DNA of 64,000 bases from Parcubacteria group bacterium. GTDB taxonomy: Bacteria; Patescibacteriota; Minisyncoccia; Moranbacterales; UBA2206. Each line of letters starts with the position of its first letter. Positions within the stretch are counted from its first letter, which is position 1. The stretch is from positions 502,712 to 566,711 of the forward strand of contig JBAZYF010000001.1 of NCBI GenBank assembly GCA_041659505.1, given 5' to 3'. The translations under genes were made by a program, and so were the position numbers. Under the pieces are notes generated by a model, which was not told where the DNA came from, did no database searches, and saw only the letters and a list, made by a program, of their open reading frames with translations. Shown here one piece after another: positions 40,096-49,761 of this stretch.

Positions 40096-40200
40096 ATTTT
40101 TATTATATCATGTGAATAAGATGTGCACAAGAACATCTTGACCTGTTCGGGTATTTGTTCTATACTCCCAATATAACACATTTTTAAGTTCTGTGTAAAT

Positions 40201-41376
40201 ATGACAAAAAAACTAGGAGATAAAAATAAAATCAACGCTATTACAGAGACAACGCGTTCAATAAACAATGAAACTAAACTGCTTCTTGCTGTCAAATCAG
40301 GCGGACGCTGTGAGTTTTTCGGCTGTAATGACTATCTTTTTTCAGATAAAATAACGAAAAAAAATATCAAATGGGGCGAGTTTGCTCACATTTATGCGTT
40401 TAAGGAAGATGGCCCAAGAGGAAACAAAAAATTACGACCAGATAATATCAACGACGTTGATAATTTGATGTTATTATGCCCATCATGTCATACAAAAATT
40501 GATAAAATGAAAAATTTACCCTTTTATACTGTAGAGATTTTGCGAAAACAAAAGAAAGAGCACGAAGACCGCATAAAATTAGTATCTGGATTTAAAAACA
40601 CTAACAAGACTAAAGCTCTGGGTATGAGCGTAAGCATTGAAAATGAAGCAATCTGTGTGTCTGAAGATGAAATCACGGAAGCTTTAATGGCTGAAAGCCG
40701 ATATCAATATCAAGAAAAGCCCAACATGATTGATTTTTCCAATGTTCCTTCTGAAAACACTCAGCTTTATTGGAAATCAAAATGTAAGGATATTAATATA
40801 ATGACTGAGAAATTTTATGAGCAATTAAAAAGAGATGGCTTGGAGCATGTTTCAGTTTTTGCAATTGGTCCAATCCCATTGCTGGTATATTTGGGGTCAA
40901 AATTGGAAAACAAAATAAAGACTCAGCTTTTTCAGCGTCATCGAGACAGTGAAAGCTGGAAATGGAATGATGGCGTTGGCAAGGTCGGTTATAAGTTGAA
41001 TATTATCAATGGAAAGGACAAAAGCAAAGTAGCTTTAGTGCTTTCTTTAAGCGGTAAAATACATCAAGCTCATCTGCCAAAAAAGATTGACGGGGGTTTT
41101 TATGTTTATGAAATTACACTTGATAACCAAGAACCAAATTTTTATTTTTTGAAATCAAAAGATGATCTAGACAGATTTGGCCACATATATTCCAAAACAT
41201 TAAGTGAAATTAGAAATGGGCATCCAAAACTCAAAGAAATTCATTTATTTTCTGCCATACCAGCGCCAATCGCGGTTGTTTGTGGCAGAGCGTTGAATCG
41301 AAAGGCAGATACTTCATTCAAGATTTATAACCCAACAAATGGTGCCCAATTTAAATATGCTTTAAAAATTAATTAA
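40201..41376 (+). CDS. CBASS HNH-SAVED effector (Cap5-like)
   Basis: GGRCEFFGC..AHI..NLMLLCPSCH HNH; SAVED motifs FAIGPIPLLVYLG, FQRHR, IHLF. Confidence 0.9.
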   Translation: MTKKLGDKNKINAITETTRSINNETKLLLAVKSGGRCEFFGCNDYLFSDKITKKNIKWGEFAHIYAFKEDGPRGNKKLRPDNINDVDNLMLLCPSCHTKIDKMKNLPFYTVEILRKQKKEHEDRIKLVSGFKNTNKTKALGMSVSIENEAICVSEDEITEALMAESRYQYQEKPNMIDFSNVPSENTQLYWKSKCKDINIMTEKFYEQLKRDGLEHVSVFAIGPIPLLVYLGSKLENKIKTQLFQRHRDSESWKWNDGVGKVGYKLNIINGKDKSKVALVLSLSGKIHQAHLPKKIDGGFYVYEITLDNQEPNFYFLKSKDDLDRFGHIYSKTLSEIRNGHPKLKEIHLFSAIPAPIAVVCGRALNRKADTSFKIYNPTNGAQFKYALKIN

Positions 41377-41382
41377 AATAAC

Positions 41383-42285
41383 ATGAAAACACAAGAATAC
41401 CTAGAAAAAGTTTTAAAACTTCAAACATTAGATGAAAAAAGCGAGGAAATTAAGGCTCTTCGTTCAGAGCGGGATAAGGTTGAGAATCTTCTAAGAACCC
41501 ATTTTGAGGATGTTCCAATATCAATTCAATATGCTGGCTCTTACAAGAAAGGCACAATGATAAGGGAAAGTTATGATCTTGATATGACTTGTTATTTTAA
41601 TAATGGGGATGATTCTGGCGGTGCGACACTAGAAGAAATATTTTCAAATGTTCAGCAGGCCCTTGCGTCCGAATATCATGTTTACCCAAAAAGATCAGCT
41701 TTAAGACTGCAAAGTAAGGATTCTGAAAATAGGGTTGATTTTCATATTGATGTTATTCCTGGGAGATTTGTTGATGGCGATAAGGGTGATGTCTATATTT
41801 TTCAAGCGGAAGGTGAAAAAGATAGATTGAAAACCAATCTTGAAAAGCATGTAAATCATATTACTGGGAGCAAATTAATTGACACAATTCGCCTTGTAAA
41901 GCTTTGGAAGGAATTGAATCAACTAGACGCCAAAACGTTTATTATAGAATTGTTGGTGATAAAGCTTCTGGAGGATACGACAGATAGCAATGGTTTAGAT
42001 GTATGCTTTGAAAGTTTTTTAACTGAAGTTATAGAAAAAATCGACAATATAGCACTTGAAGATCCCGCAAACCCATCTGGCAATGATCTCTCTGGGATAC
42101 TAAGTGAAGGTGTTAAGGCTGGCTTGAAATCTTTAGCAGAAAAGATTTTGATTTCAATTGAGAATGAAAGGTGGAAGGATATTTTTGGAGAAGTTGAGGA
42201 GGCTGATGATGAGGAAAAAAAACGAGCAATCAACGAGGCGAGACAATCTAATTCTGTTCCAATTAATCCTTGGTGTGTCCTATGA
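41383..42285 (+). CDS. CD-NTase (cGAS/DncV-like nucleotidyltransferase)
   Basis: GSYKKGT..YDLD, IDVIPG, IRLVKLW, DPANP. Confidence 0.9.
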   Translation: MKTQEYLEKVLKLQTLDEKSEEIKALRSERDKVENLLRTHFEDVPISIQYAGSYKKGTMIRESYDLDMTCYFNNGDDSGGATLEEIFSNVQQALASEYHVYPKRSALRLQSKDSENRVDFHIDVIPGRFVDGDKGDVYIFQAEGEKDRLKTNLEKHVNHITGSKLIDTIRLVKLWKELNQLDAKTFIIELLVIKLLEDTTDSNGLDVCFESFLTEVIEKIDNIALEDPANPSGNDLSGILSEGVKAGLKSLAEKILISIENERWKDIFGEVEEADDEEKKRAINEARQSNSVPINPWCVL

Positions 42286-43019
42286 AACCTTGGTTTTTAG
42301 AAAATCCGACGCTACTTGATGAACTTAAAATTCTTATTGATTTAAAATATGCTACCCTAAACACTAGCATAGAGAACGCAGTTGTTTATATTCGAGGCAC
42401 TTTATTTATTAAGAGTCTGGAGGGTAAAGAGCTGGGACGCTATAAAATAGAAATCATAATCCCAGACGATTATCCAAATTCAGCTCCGATCTTAAGAGAA
42501 ACTGGGGATAAGTTTAATAAAGTTGCAGATAGGCACTTCAATGCGATAGATAACACCGCATGTCTGTTTTTCAGAGATGCTAAATACAAGTATTTCCCAA
42601 AAGGATCAAGCATAGTTGATTTTATAGAAGGGCCAATTAAGAACTTTTTTCTTTGGCAAATAGATTATGATTTAAATGGAGGCAAATCAAGCCTGGGAGG
42701 ATTGGATCATGGTACTTTTGGATTAATTCAATTTTATAAAGAAGAACTGGGTGTAAACGATGAAGAATCGGTGTTTAGATTTCTAGTCCTTTTTGATAGC
42801 AAGGTTGTCCCGAGAGCTAAAAAATGCTTTTGCGGTAGTGGTAGCCTATTAAAAGATTGCCATATACAGAAGTTCAGAGCTTTAAAACAAAGCATACCCA
42901 GAAAAGACGCAAAAAAATCCCTAAATGAATTGAGGGATTATATGGATAGAATGCAGAGCCTAAAACAAAAATATGGAAAAGAGGCAGTAGACGGTGCAGT
43001 TAAGCAGATTAGAGGTTAA
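42282..43019 (+). CDS. CBASS-associated E2-like protein with SEC-C-like zinc motif
   Basis: IPDDYPNSAP, RHFN..ACL (E2 His/Cys), CFCGSG..KDCH; ATGA overlap with CD-NTase. Confidence 0.78.
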   Translation: MKPWFLENPTLLDELKILIDLKYATLNTSIENAVVYIRGTLFIKSLEGKELGRYKIEIIIPDDYPNSAPILRETGDKFNKVADRHFNAIDNTACLFFRDAKYKYFPKGSSIVDFIEGPIKNFFLWQIDYDLNGGKSSLGGLDHGTFGLIQFYKEELGVNDEESVFRFLVLFDSKVVPRAKKCFCGSGSLLKDCHIQKFRALKQSIPRKDAKKSLNELRDYMDRMQSLKQKYGKEAVDGAVKQIRG

Positions 43020-43176
43020 AACCAGCACTTCTCTCCATAAATCCAGTTCTAACCGCATTAACTAAGTAGCTCAGATAAAAATAGTCCCTATTTAGGGGGC
43101 TATTTTTTATACCCATAAAGACAGCTCAGATTTTTTGTGGTAATATTGAAATGTAATTTAATCATAATAAAAAAAT

Positions 43177-43884
43177 ATGGAGTTTTGGCAAACAAGTATA
43201 GTATATATATTAATTTTTGCAGTTGTACTTTCAAGTGCAATATGGGCTTATATTGATGCAAATAGAATTAATTCCGAAAAATATGAGGCTTGTGGCATAG
43301 GGACTAATAAACCCTTTTGGATAGCACTAATTATTTGTTTTTTATGGATACTTGCCTTTCCAATGTATCTTATTTGGAGACAAAAAATTATTGAAGGAAA
43401 ATGTCCGCAAAAAAAAGAACTAGAAGTAAAATCAGAGAGCGAAATGCAGAATGAAAAAAAGGAAATAATTTTAAAGCCAACTGCCCTAGCTTTTATTTTA
43501 GGGATATCTATTCCGATAATTACCATGATAATGTTAGGCGAAATGAATTCTAGAGTTGTAATTGGTTTGGGAGGGTTCACCTTAACTCTCCCCTTGGCTG
43601 TTTTTTTATTTTGCTATTCAGTTTATAAATATCAAATAAAAAATGAGTTCACAATTATTAAGGGCATGATTCTGCTAATGTTTTTCATAATGATAATTAA
43701 TCTTGAGTTCCCTCGTCTTATTAGTGACGGTTCTACTGGCGATATGTCTGGGATGATGTATTTTTTATGTTCTCCTTTTGCGTTTGTGTTCGGATTGATA
43801 ATGGGGGTTTATATCATTAAAAGATTAAGATATTTAGAAAAAATTAAATATACTGCTGTTACATTTCATTCAGCAAAACAGTAG
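43177..43884 (+). CDS. Hypothetical multi-pass membrane protein
   Basis: About six hydrophobic segments. Confidence 0.65.
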   Translation: MEFWQTSIVYILIFAVVLSSAIWAYIDANRINSEKYEACGIGTNKPFWIALIICFLWILAFPMYLIWRQKIIEGKCPQKKELEVKSESEMQNEKKEIILKPTALAFILGISIPIITMIMLGEMNSRVVIGLGGFTLTLPLAVFLFCYSVYKYQIKNEFTIIKGMILLMFFIMIINLEFPRLISDGSTGDMSGMMYFLCSPFAFVFGLIMGVYIIKRLRYLEKIKYTAVTFHSAKQ

Positions 43885-44031
43885 GGAAGAAATATTTTAA
43901 AATACCGCCAATCCTAAATTAATTTTTGATTCTACTCCAATTCAAATTTCTAAACAAATTCACTAGTAGAGATTCTAATCAATGCACTTCTCTTTAAATC
44001 CAGTCCAAATCGCTTGCACTTCCCCGCTCAA

Positions 44032-44070
44032 TAAACAAAAAACTCTCCGTTGTGGAGAGTTTTTTGTTTA
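44032..44070. terminator. Bidirectional terminator (probably the original tRNA-Gly terminator)
   Basis: TAAACAAAAAACTCTCCG-ttg-TGGAGAGTTTTTTGTTTA starting immediately after the right-hand repeat. Confidence 0.75.
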
Positions 44071-45384
44071 TGTTACGGCTCCGATAAACATCGGGATGCC
44101 TATACGTTGTCTTTTATTTTCTCCTTTGATCTGGAGTGTTTTTCGCAGAGGCGCATCGCCCCGTTCTTTCTCGTGTTGCAATGCAGAGTTGGCTAGAGAG
44201 CTTACCCCGAGGTGGACCGTGTGTTTTCCAAATTTATCATTGATCTCGTCGATGCTATGGTAGAGCTTTTTCAAGCCCTTAGCACGCAGGACTTCGCAGA
44301 ACAGATCGAGCTGTTTTGTGACATCTTCCTCGAGTTTGAAAAAGGCGATGCCGGTCGCGCGATATGAAAGGCTTTGATCAAATATCTGATCAAAATATTT
44401 TTCCACAACGTTGATGATTTCGCTGGGAATGGCCGTCGGGCGGGAAAATTGAATTTCCATTCCGGCATAGCGGAAGGATTGGAGCTTCAAGAAAAAAGTC
44501 GCATTGCGAGCGCGAAGATTATAGCGGCGTAATTTGATGCAAGCATTTTCAATATTTTTCGCTAACTGGGAAAAAATAAAATCGCGATCATTGGAAGGCG
44601 GAGTAAAAGTTCTCACTTTTTGGACTGAAGTATAGGTTGTTCGGCCAGTCACATCCAGAGGCAGAATAAATTTGCCATTAAGTTCTTGCCAGGTTTCAAT
44701 CGTCGGTTTGGTGAATTTGCGCCTGACCCACTCTTCGTCTTTATGAGCAAATTCCAAAGCGGTATTTATTCTCTCATTTTTCAGGTAAGCACCGGTCTGT
44801 GGTCCGATGCCCCAAACATCTTCTGTTTCTTTTTGAGCGAGAAATTCGTGGATTTGATAGCCAGGAATGACGGTCAGTCCTGAGGGTTTTTTCCATTTGG
44901 AACCGATTTTGGCGATGGTTTTGTTCGGTCCTAGTCCGACTGAAAAAGTAAAGCCTAATTCTCGGTCCAGATCCTGCTTGATTTTTTCGGCAATTTTCGG
45001 GTAAGACATGCGCAAGGGTCGACGCAATCCAGTGATGTCGGCAAAACATTCGTCGATACTATATTCCTCAACTTCACTCGTGTAGCGCCGGACAATCTCA
45101 AAAAAACGCTTAGAAAGCAGGCTGTAGGTTTCATAATCAGACGGAAGGATAATCGCTTCGGGACAGATTTTTTTGATCTCAAAAATTCGCATCCCTCGTC
45201 TGACGCCACGCGCTTTGGCTTCATAGCTTAAGGATGCGGCAATTCCGCGTTCTCGGCCTGTTATCACTGGTTTGCCTTTTAGTGCGGGATCGCGCGATTG
45301 CTCACAGGAGGCAAAAAAAGCATCTCCGTCGATATGGATGATAGCTCGGTTGAAAGAATTGATGCTCAAGGTTTCGTTTGGCAT
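44068..45384 (-). CDS. dinB: Y-family DNA polymerase (DinB/UmuC-like)
   Basis: HIDGDAFFAS, SYEAK, YSIDE, KPSG, VWGIG. Confidence 0.92.
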   Translation of the reverse strand: MPNETLSINSFNRAIIHIDGDAFFASCEQSRDPALKGKPVITGRERGIAASLSYEAKARGVRRGMRIFEIKKICPEAIILPSDYETYSLLSKRFFEIVRRYTSEVEEYSIDECFADITGLRRPLRMSYPKIAEKIKQDLDRELGFTFSVGLGPNKTIAKIGSKWKKPSGLTVIPGYQIHEFLAQKETEDVWGIGPQTGAYLKNERINTALEFAHKDEEWVRRKFTKPTIETWQELNGKFILPLDVTGRTTYTSVQKVRTFTPPSNDRDFIFSQLAKNIENACIKLRRYNLRARNATFFLKLQSFRYAGMEIQFSRPTAIPSEIINVVEKYFDQIFDQSLSYRATGIAFFKLEEDVTKQLDLFCEVLRAKGLKKLYHSIDEINDKFGKHTVHLGVSSLANSALQHEKERGDAPLRKTLQIKGENKRQRIGIPMFIGAVT

Positions 45385-45388
45385 CAGT

Positions 45389-45955
45389 TTAGTGGTATTT
45401 TCTGATGACGGAAATTACTACCGCAGAAATGATCAGTTCTTCTTTTGGAATGATCGGTTTGTATTTCTTGTTTGCTGGCATCAGAATTGTTTTGCCATTG
45501 AGCTTTTCCAAAAATTTCATCGTCCATTTTCCGTCTACTTCCGCGATGACAATGTCGCCATCTTTGGATGCTTTGCCCCTTTCGACTAAGACAATATCAC
45601 CCGAGCGGATGCCCGCATCAATCATCGAGTCACCGCTGACGTTTAACATATAGGTGGCTTCTTTGTTGGAAATCAGAAATTCATCGATCGTTATCGTATC
45701 AACCAGTTCTTCTTCCGCCGGAGAAGGAAAGCCAGCGGTGATTGAACCCAAAATTTTGGTTTCGCCGAACAGTTTTTTGGGCAGTAATCTGCCTTTCTCA
45801 TCTTTTGAAATCAGCTCAGCTTCGATCATTTTTTTCACCAGGCGGGTAACCGAGTTGATTGATTTGAACTTGCAAAGTCCCATTATTTCTCGATAGCTTG
45901 GCATCCGGCGATATTTTTTGTAGAATGAGAGTAGCTTTTGTTGGTAGTTTTTCAT
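45389..45955 (-). CDS. lexA: LexA-family repressor
   Basis: MPSYREI wHTH, AGFPSPA, GDSM, TMK. Confidence 0.88.
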   Translation of the reverse strand: MKNYQQKLLSFYKKYRRMPSYREIMGLCKFKSINSVTRLVKKMIEAELISKDEKGRLLPKKLFGETKILGSITAGFPSPAEEELVDTITIDEFLISNKEATYMLNVSGDSMIDAGIRSGDIVLVERGKASKDGDIVIAEVDGKWTMKFLEKLNGKTILMPANKKYKPIIPKEELIISAVVISVIRKYH

Positions 45956-45984
45956 AGGGCTGTATTATTTGATGTCTAGCTTTA

Positions 45985-46014
45985 TTATACGTGTACAAAT
46001 GTACACTCGTCAAG
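45985..46014 (-). promoter_or_regulatory. Sigma70 promoter with palindromic operator (candidate SOS box)
   Basis: Minus strand TTGACG-18-TATAAT; spacer holds GTGTACA-AA-TGTACAC (45991-46006). Confidence 0.7.
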
Positions 46015-46050
46015 TAGGGTGTCCCTAATCATCTAACAGAGCCTAAATAT

Positions 46051-46713
46051 ATGTGTGGAAGATTTTCAATCAGCACTCCTTGGAAAGATTTGGAGGAAAG
46101 ATTTGCGCTAACCATTCCGGAGGGAATTTATAATCCACGCTATAATGCCGCTCCTAGTCAAAAGATGTTAGTTGTTTCGCAGGAAAAACCACACGAAGCG
46201 GAACTTTTTCAATGGGGTTTGATTCCGCACTGGGCCAAAGATACTAAGATTGGGCAAAAGCTGATCAACGCTCGAGCAGAAACAATCACGGAAAAGCCTT
46301 CATTCAAGGAGTCTTTCAAACTTAGGCGCTGTTTTGTGTTGGCAGATGGATTTTATGAGTGGGATAAAAAATCCAACAGTCATATCCCATATCTCATAAT
46401 GCTAAAAGAGGGAGAGCCTTTTGCTTTTGCTGGTATCTATGACTATTGGCGCGATCCATCAGATCGAATGATCCGGTCCTTCTCAATCATAACGACCGAA
46501 GCGAATAGCCTAGTTTCTCGGATCCACGACCGGATGCCCGTGATTCTCACTAGGCAAGAAGAACGAGCGTGGCTTAATCCTGAATTAAAGCTGGATGATG
46601 CTAAACAAATGCTCATTCCTTATCCAGTAGAAGATATGCAAATGTATCAAATATCTACACTAATTAATAGCCCCAGAAATGATAGCGCCGCGGTAGTTGT
46701 TCCGGTCGGTTAA
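46051..46713 (+). CDS. SOS response-associated peptidase (SRAP/YedK-like)
   Basis: MCGRF, NARAET, GFYEW, HDRMPVIL. Confidence 0.95.
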   Translation: MCGRFSISTPWKDLEERFALTIPEGIYNPRYNAAPSQKMLVVSQEKPHEAELFQWGLIPHWAKDTKIGQKLINARAETITEKPSFKESFKLRRCFVLADGFYEWDKKSNSHIPYLIMLKEGEPFAFAGIYDYWRDPSDRMIRSFSIITTEANSLVSRIHDRMPVILTRQEERAWLNPELKLDDAKQMLIPYPVEDMQMYQISTLINSPRNDSAAVVVPVG

Positions 46714-46767
46714 TATGCCTAAGTTCTCATTGTGGTATAATTTAGATGTAAATAAAGAATAAAACTT

Positions 46768-48105
46768 ATGTCATTTGAATTTAATTCAGCAATATCCGTT
46801 GAAAAAAAAGAAACACTGGATGATAAATGGTATGAAAGATTTAGCGCTTGCGGTTCTTTCGCTGATTATGAATATCTTGGCGGAGAAAAGTCAGTCAGGG
46901 AAAAGTCGAAAAACGATTTTATTCAAGGAAAGTGCGAAAATCCCACACTTGATTATCCCGATTTGGAAAAATTGGATATATCTCGAAGAGGACAAGACTT
47001 GCTTCAACTTAAAAGAGATATTTTAGAACAAGAAACAAATGAAACGATCAAACAAATATACCGTTGGAAAATAAACGAAAAAATTGCAGAGTTGAGAATG
47101 CTCGGGGAAACAAAAAGCGGAAACGATAGGAGATTTTTTCGTTATTCTAAATTTATCTACGGAAAGCCCGAGCAAGAAATATTTGCATATACGATTAGTC
47201 AGATAAAAAAGGTTATTGATGGTAAAATAAATGATACAAGGGAAGGTGTCCGTGAAGCGGCAAAAAGATTGTCCAATGAATTATCAGATCCACTTTCAAT
47301 AGAAAAACCCAAAATAACTGATTTAAAGGATTTTATAAAAGAAAGCTCGGAATCCAAAGAATTCACTAATACTGAATATAATGCTGAAGAAATAAAATAC
47401 GCTTTTGAACAAGCTTTGGAAAAATATAAATTGACTGGTTGGAATGTGGTAGTCACGGAAAAAGGCACTGCCGTAAGTGTGAGTCAGGAAAATAAAAATG
47501 TTAATATTCCATCAAGCCGAAAAATGAAAGAAAATAAATTAAGGGCACTAATTGAGCATGAAATTGGAACGCATGTTTTGCGGAGAGAAAAAGGAGAAAA
47601 AACTAAACTAAAGCTTTTAGGACTAGGGCTAGATAGGTATTTGAAAGGTGAAGAGGGTATTGCTACCTATGAAGAGCAAAAAATTTTAGGAGCAAACGAG
47701 TTCGCTGGTTTTGATGGGCATTTGGCTATTGCTCTGGCTATGGGAATGGATGGTAAAAAACGAGATTTTAGAAAAGTTTATGAAATATTGAAAGATTATT
47801 ATTTTATCAATTCTAAGAAAGAGGAATCAGAAGCAATAATACAAGCTGAAAACTCTGCCTGGAATCGTTGTGTTAGAACTTTCCGGGGAACTAGCTGTGG
47901 CTCTTGTGGGGCTTGTCTGACAAGGGATATCGTTTATAGGGAAGGAAATATAGGGACTTGGAATGTGGTGAAAAACAAGCCAGAGGAAGTTAAAAGATTT
48001 ATGGTTGGAAAATATGATCCTGGAAATCAGAGACATATCTGGATTTTGGAACAATTGGGCATAACAGATAGCGATTTGGATGATTTAGAAAAAGAATTAT
48101 CGTAG
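46768..48105 (+). CDS. DUF1704/MATCAP-like metallocarboxypeptidase
   Basis: HEIGTH, EEGIA, RTFRG, RDIVY, GKYD. Confidence 0.75.
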   Translation: MSFEFNSAISVEKKETLDDKWYERFSACGSFADYEYLGGEKSVREKSKNDFIQGKCENPTLDYPDLEKLDISRRGQDLLQLKRDILEQETNETIKQIYRWKINEKIAELRMLGETKSGNDRRFFRYSKFIYGKPEQEIFAYTISQIKKVIDGKINDTREGVREAAKRLSNELSDPLSIEKPKITDLKDFIKESSESKEFTNTEYNAEEIKYAFEQALEKYKLTGWNVVVTEKGTAVSVSQENKNVNIPSSRKMKENKLRALIEHEIGTHVLRREKGEKTKLKLLGLGLDRYLKGEEGIATYEEQKILGANEFAGFDGHLAIALAMGMDGKKRDFRKVYEILKDYYFINSKKEESEAIIQAENSAWNRCVRTFRGTSCGSCGACLTRDIVYREGNIGTWNVVKNKPEEVKRFMVGKYDPGNQRHIWILEQLGITDSDLDDLEKELS

Positions 48106-48302
48106 TTGTTCATTAAATTGAAAGAATTTTATTTATAAAGCAGTTTTTACTGCATTAATTAAAATGCTCAAAAATTAAAATGCAAAATGTTGTAGGGCAC
48201 TAGCGCTTGCTTTTTCCCTTAGAATGGTGTATAATGAATGAGTAGTATAATAGCAGTTGGAAAGCGGGTGAGCCCGCTTTTTGCTTTATATTAAACAAAA
48301 AT

Positions 48303-49007
48303 ATGCCAAAACCGACACAAAAACAAAACAAATCAATTAAACAAGCTAAATCGGAAAAAACCGCTTGTTTTAGAGATGTTTTGTCAAAAATCACTGATTT
48401 TTTTGAAAATGCCAAAAAAAGCTTCAATCCAGGATTATTGACCAGATATCAATTAGAAACCCTAACCCTGATTTGTCTAATTGCCTTTACGGGTTATGTG
48501 GTCTTATTTAAGCAACATTATTCTGAAATGTTTTTGACCCAAGAAGTTCAAGTTCCCAAAAAAAGTCCTCAAGAAATTGAAAGGGAGCGGTTAAAAAAGG
48601 ACCTGCGAGTGGTTGTCAAAGGTCATCCGATCGAAATGATGATTCCCTATATCGCCCAAAAAGATCGTAAAGTTGCCGCATATCTTATCGGTATCGCCAA
48701 AAAAGAAAGTAATTGGGGCGAAAGAAAGCCGGTGTTAGCGGGAGTGGATTGTTTTAATTATTGGGGTTTTCGGGCAGAGCGGGAAAGAATGGGCAGTGGC
48801 GGGCATACTTGTTTTGACAGTCCAAAAGATGCAGTGGATGCTGTTTCCATAAGAATCGCGCAGATTATCGAGCGTAATGATGCTGAATCAGCTAAAGATA
48901 TGTTAGTTTGGAAATGCGGTTCGGATTGTTCGGCGACGGGCGGTCAAGCTGCGGCCAACAAGTGGGCACGGGACGTGGATTTTTATGCAGAAAAAGTTTT
49001 GAATTAA
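48303..49007 (+). CDS. Membrane-anchored lysozyme-fold (glucosaminidase-like) protein
   Basis: TM, GIAKKESNWG, NYWG. Confidence 0.6.
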   Translation: MPKPTQKQNKSIKQAKSEKTACFRDVLSKITDFFENAKKSFNPGLLTRYQLETLTLICLIAFTGYVVLFKQHYSEMFLTQEVQVPKKSPQEIERERLKKDLRVVVKGHPIEMMIPYIAQKDRKVAAYLIGIAKKESNWGERKPVLAGVDCFNYWGFRAERERMGSGGHTCFDSPKDAVDAVSIRIAQIIERNDAESAKDMLVWKCGSDCSATGGQAAANKWARDVDFYAEKVLN

Positions 49008-49115
49008 AAGCAGTAATTGAGAAGCGCCCGATGTGGGCGCTTTTTTGTCTCCCAAAAAAAGAACCTTATCCGCTCGAAAATCGTATAATTTATATAATAA
49101 GTAAAAATAAATTGT

Positions 49116-49260
49116 GACTTACGCATTTGCCAAAAACAATCTTTAAGTCGCGTGGTTTCCTTGAGTTTGTTTTTGACTGTCTTAGCCACCGAGAGTTAGT
49201 GTGATTTTCTCAGGTAAGCCCTGGCTATAGAAAAGCTTGCTTTTGGCAAACGCGTAAGTC
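49116..49260. repeat. MITE-like element family 3, copy 2
   Basis: GACTTACGCATTTGCCAAAAACAA / TTGCTTTTGGCAAACGCGTAAGTC 24-bp imperfect TIR. Confidence 0.68.
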
Positions 49261-49270
49261 CCGAAAAGAT

Positions 49271-49660
49271 ATGAACAGAGTAATTCATTTTGAGGTTCAG
49301 GCTGATGATGTGGCGCGAGCGAAAAAGTTCTATGAAAAAGCCTTTGGTTGGAAAATCACGCAAGCGATGACCAAGGAAAAAGGTGGAATGGACTATTGGA
49401 TGCTCGACACGGGAACGGGGCCTGGTATCGGCGGTGGCCTATACGCACGACCCAAAAAAGAGGAGGAGCGGTTTTTCACCTTTGACGACACAATCTTAGT
49501 CGAAGATATCGACAAAGCCGTGGAGGCGGTCAAAGACAATGGTGGTATGATCACAAGGGAAAAATCAGAGCTGGCCGGCGTGGGTTGGTTTGCTAGCGCC
49601 AAAGATACCGAAGGCAATCGTTTTAGCCTGATGCAAGCGACAGATTGGAAGCCGATGTGA
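49271..49660 (+). CDS. VOC/glyoxalase family protein
   Basis: HFEVQADD..FY..FGW, DTEGN. Confidence 0.9.
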   Translation: MNRVIHFEVQADDVARAKKFYEKAFGWKITQAMTKEKGGMDYWMLDTGTGPGIGGGLYARPKKEEERFFTFDDTILVEDIDKAVEAVKDNGGMITREKSELAGVGWFASAKDTEGNRFSLMQATDWKPM

Positions 49661-49761
49661 TAAATTGCACGTCTTTCCGATAAGTCTGAAAAAATCAAAA
49701 GATCTCTTTTGGAGATTTTTTGATTTTTGAGGTATAATAGGGGGTGCTTAATGAAAATCAA

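Larger units (their letters stand above)
29469..44031. mobile_element. tRNA-Gly-integrated satellite-like defence island (~14.6 kb)
   Basis: Serine recombinase abutting tRNA; 9-bp direct repeat CCCGCTCAA at 29469-29477 and 44023-44031; replication and defence cargo. Confidence 0.8.
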
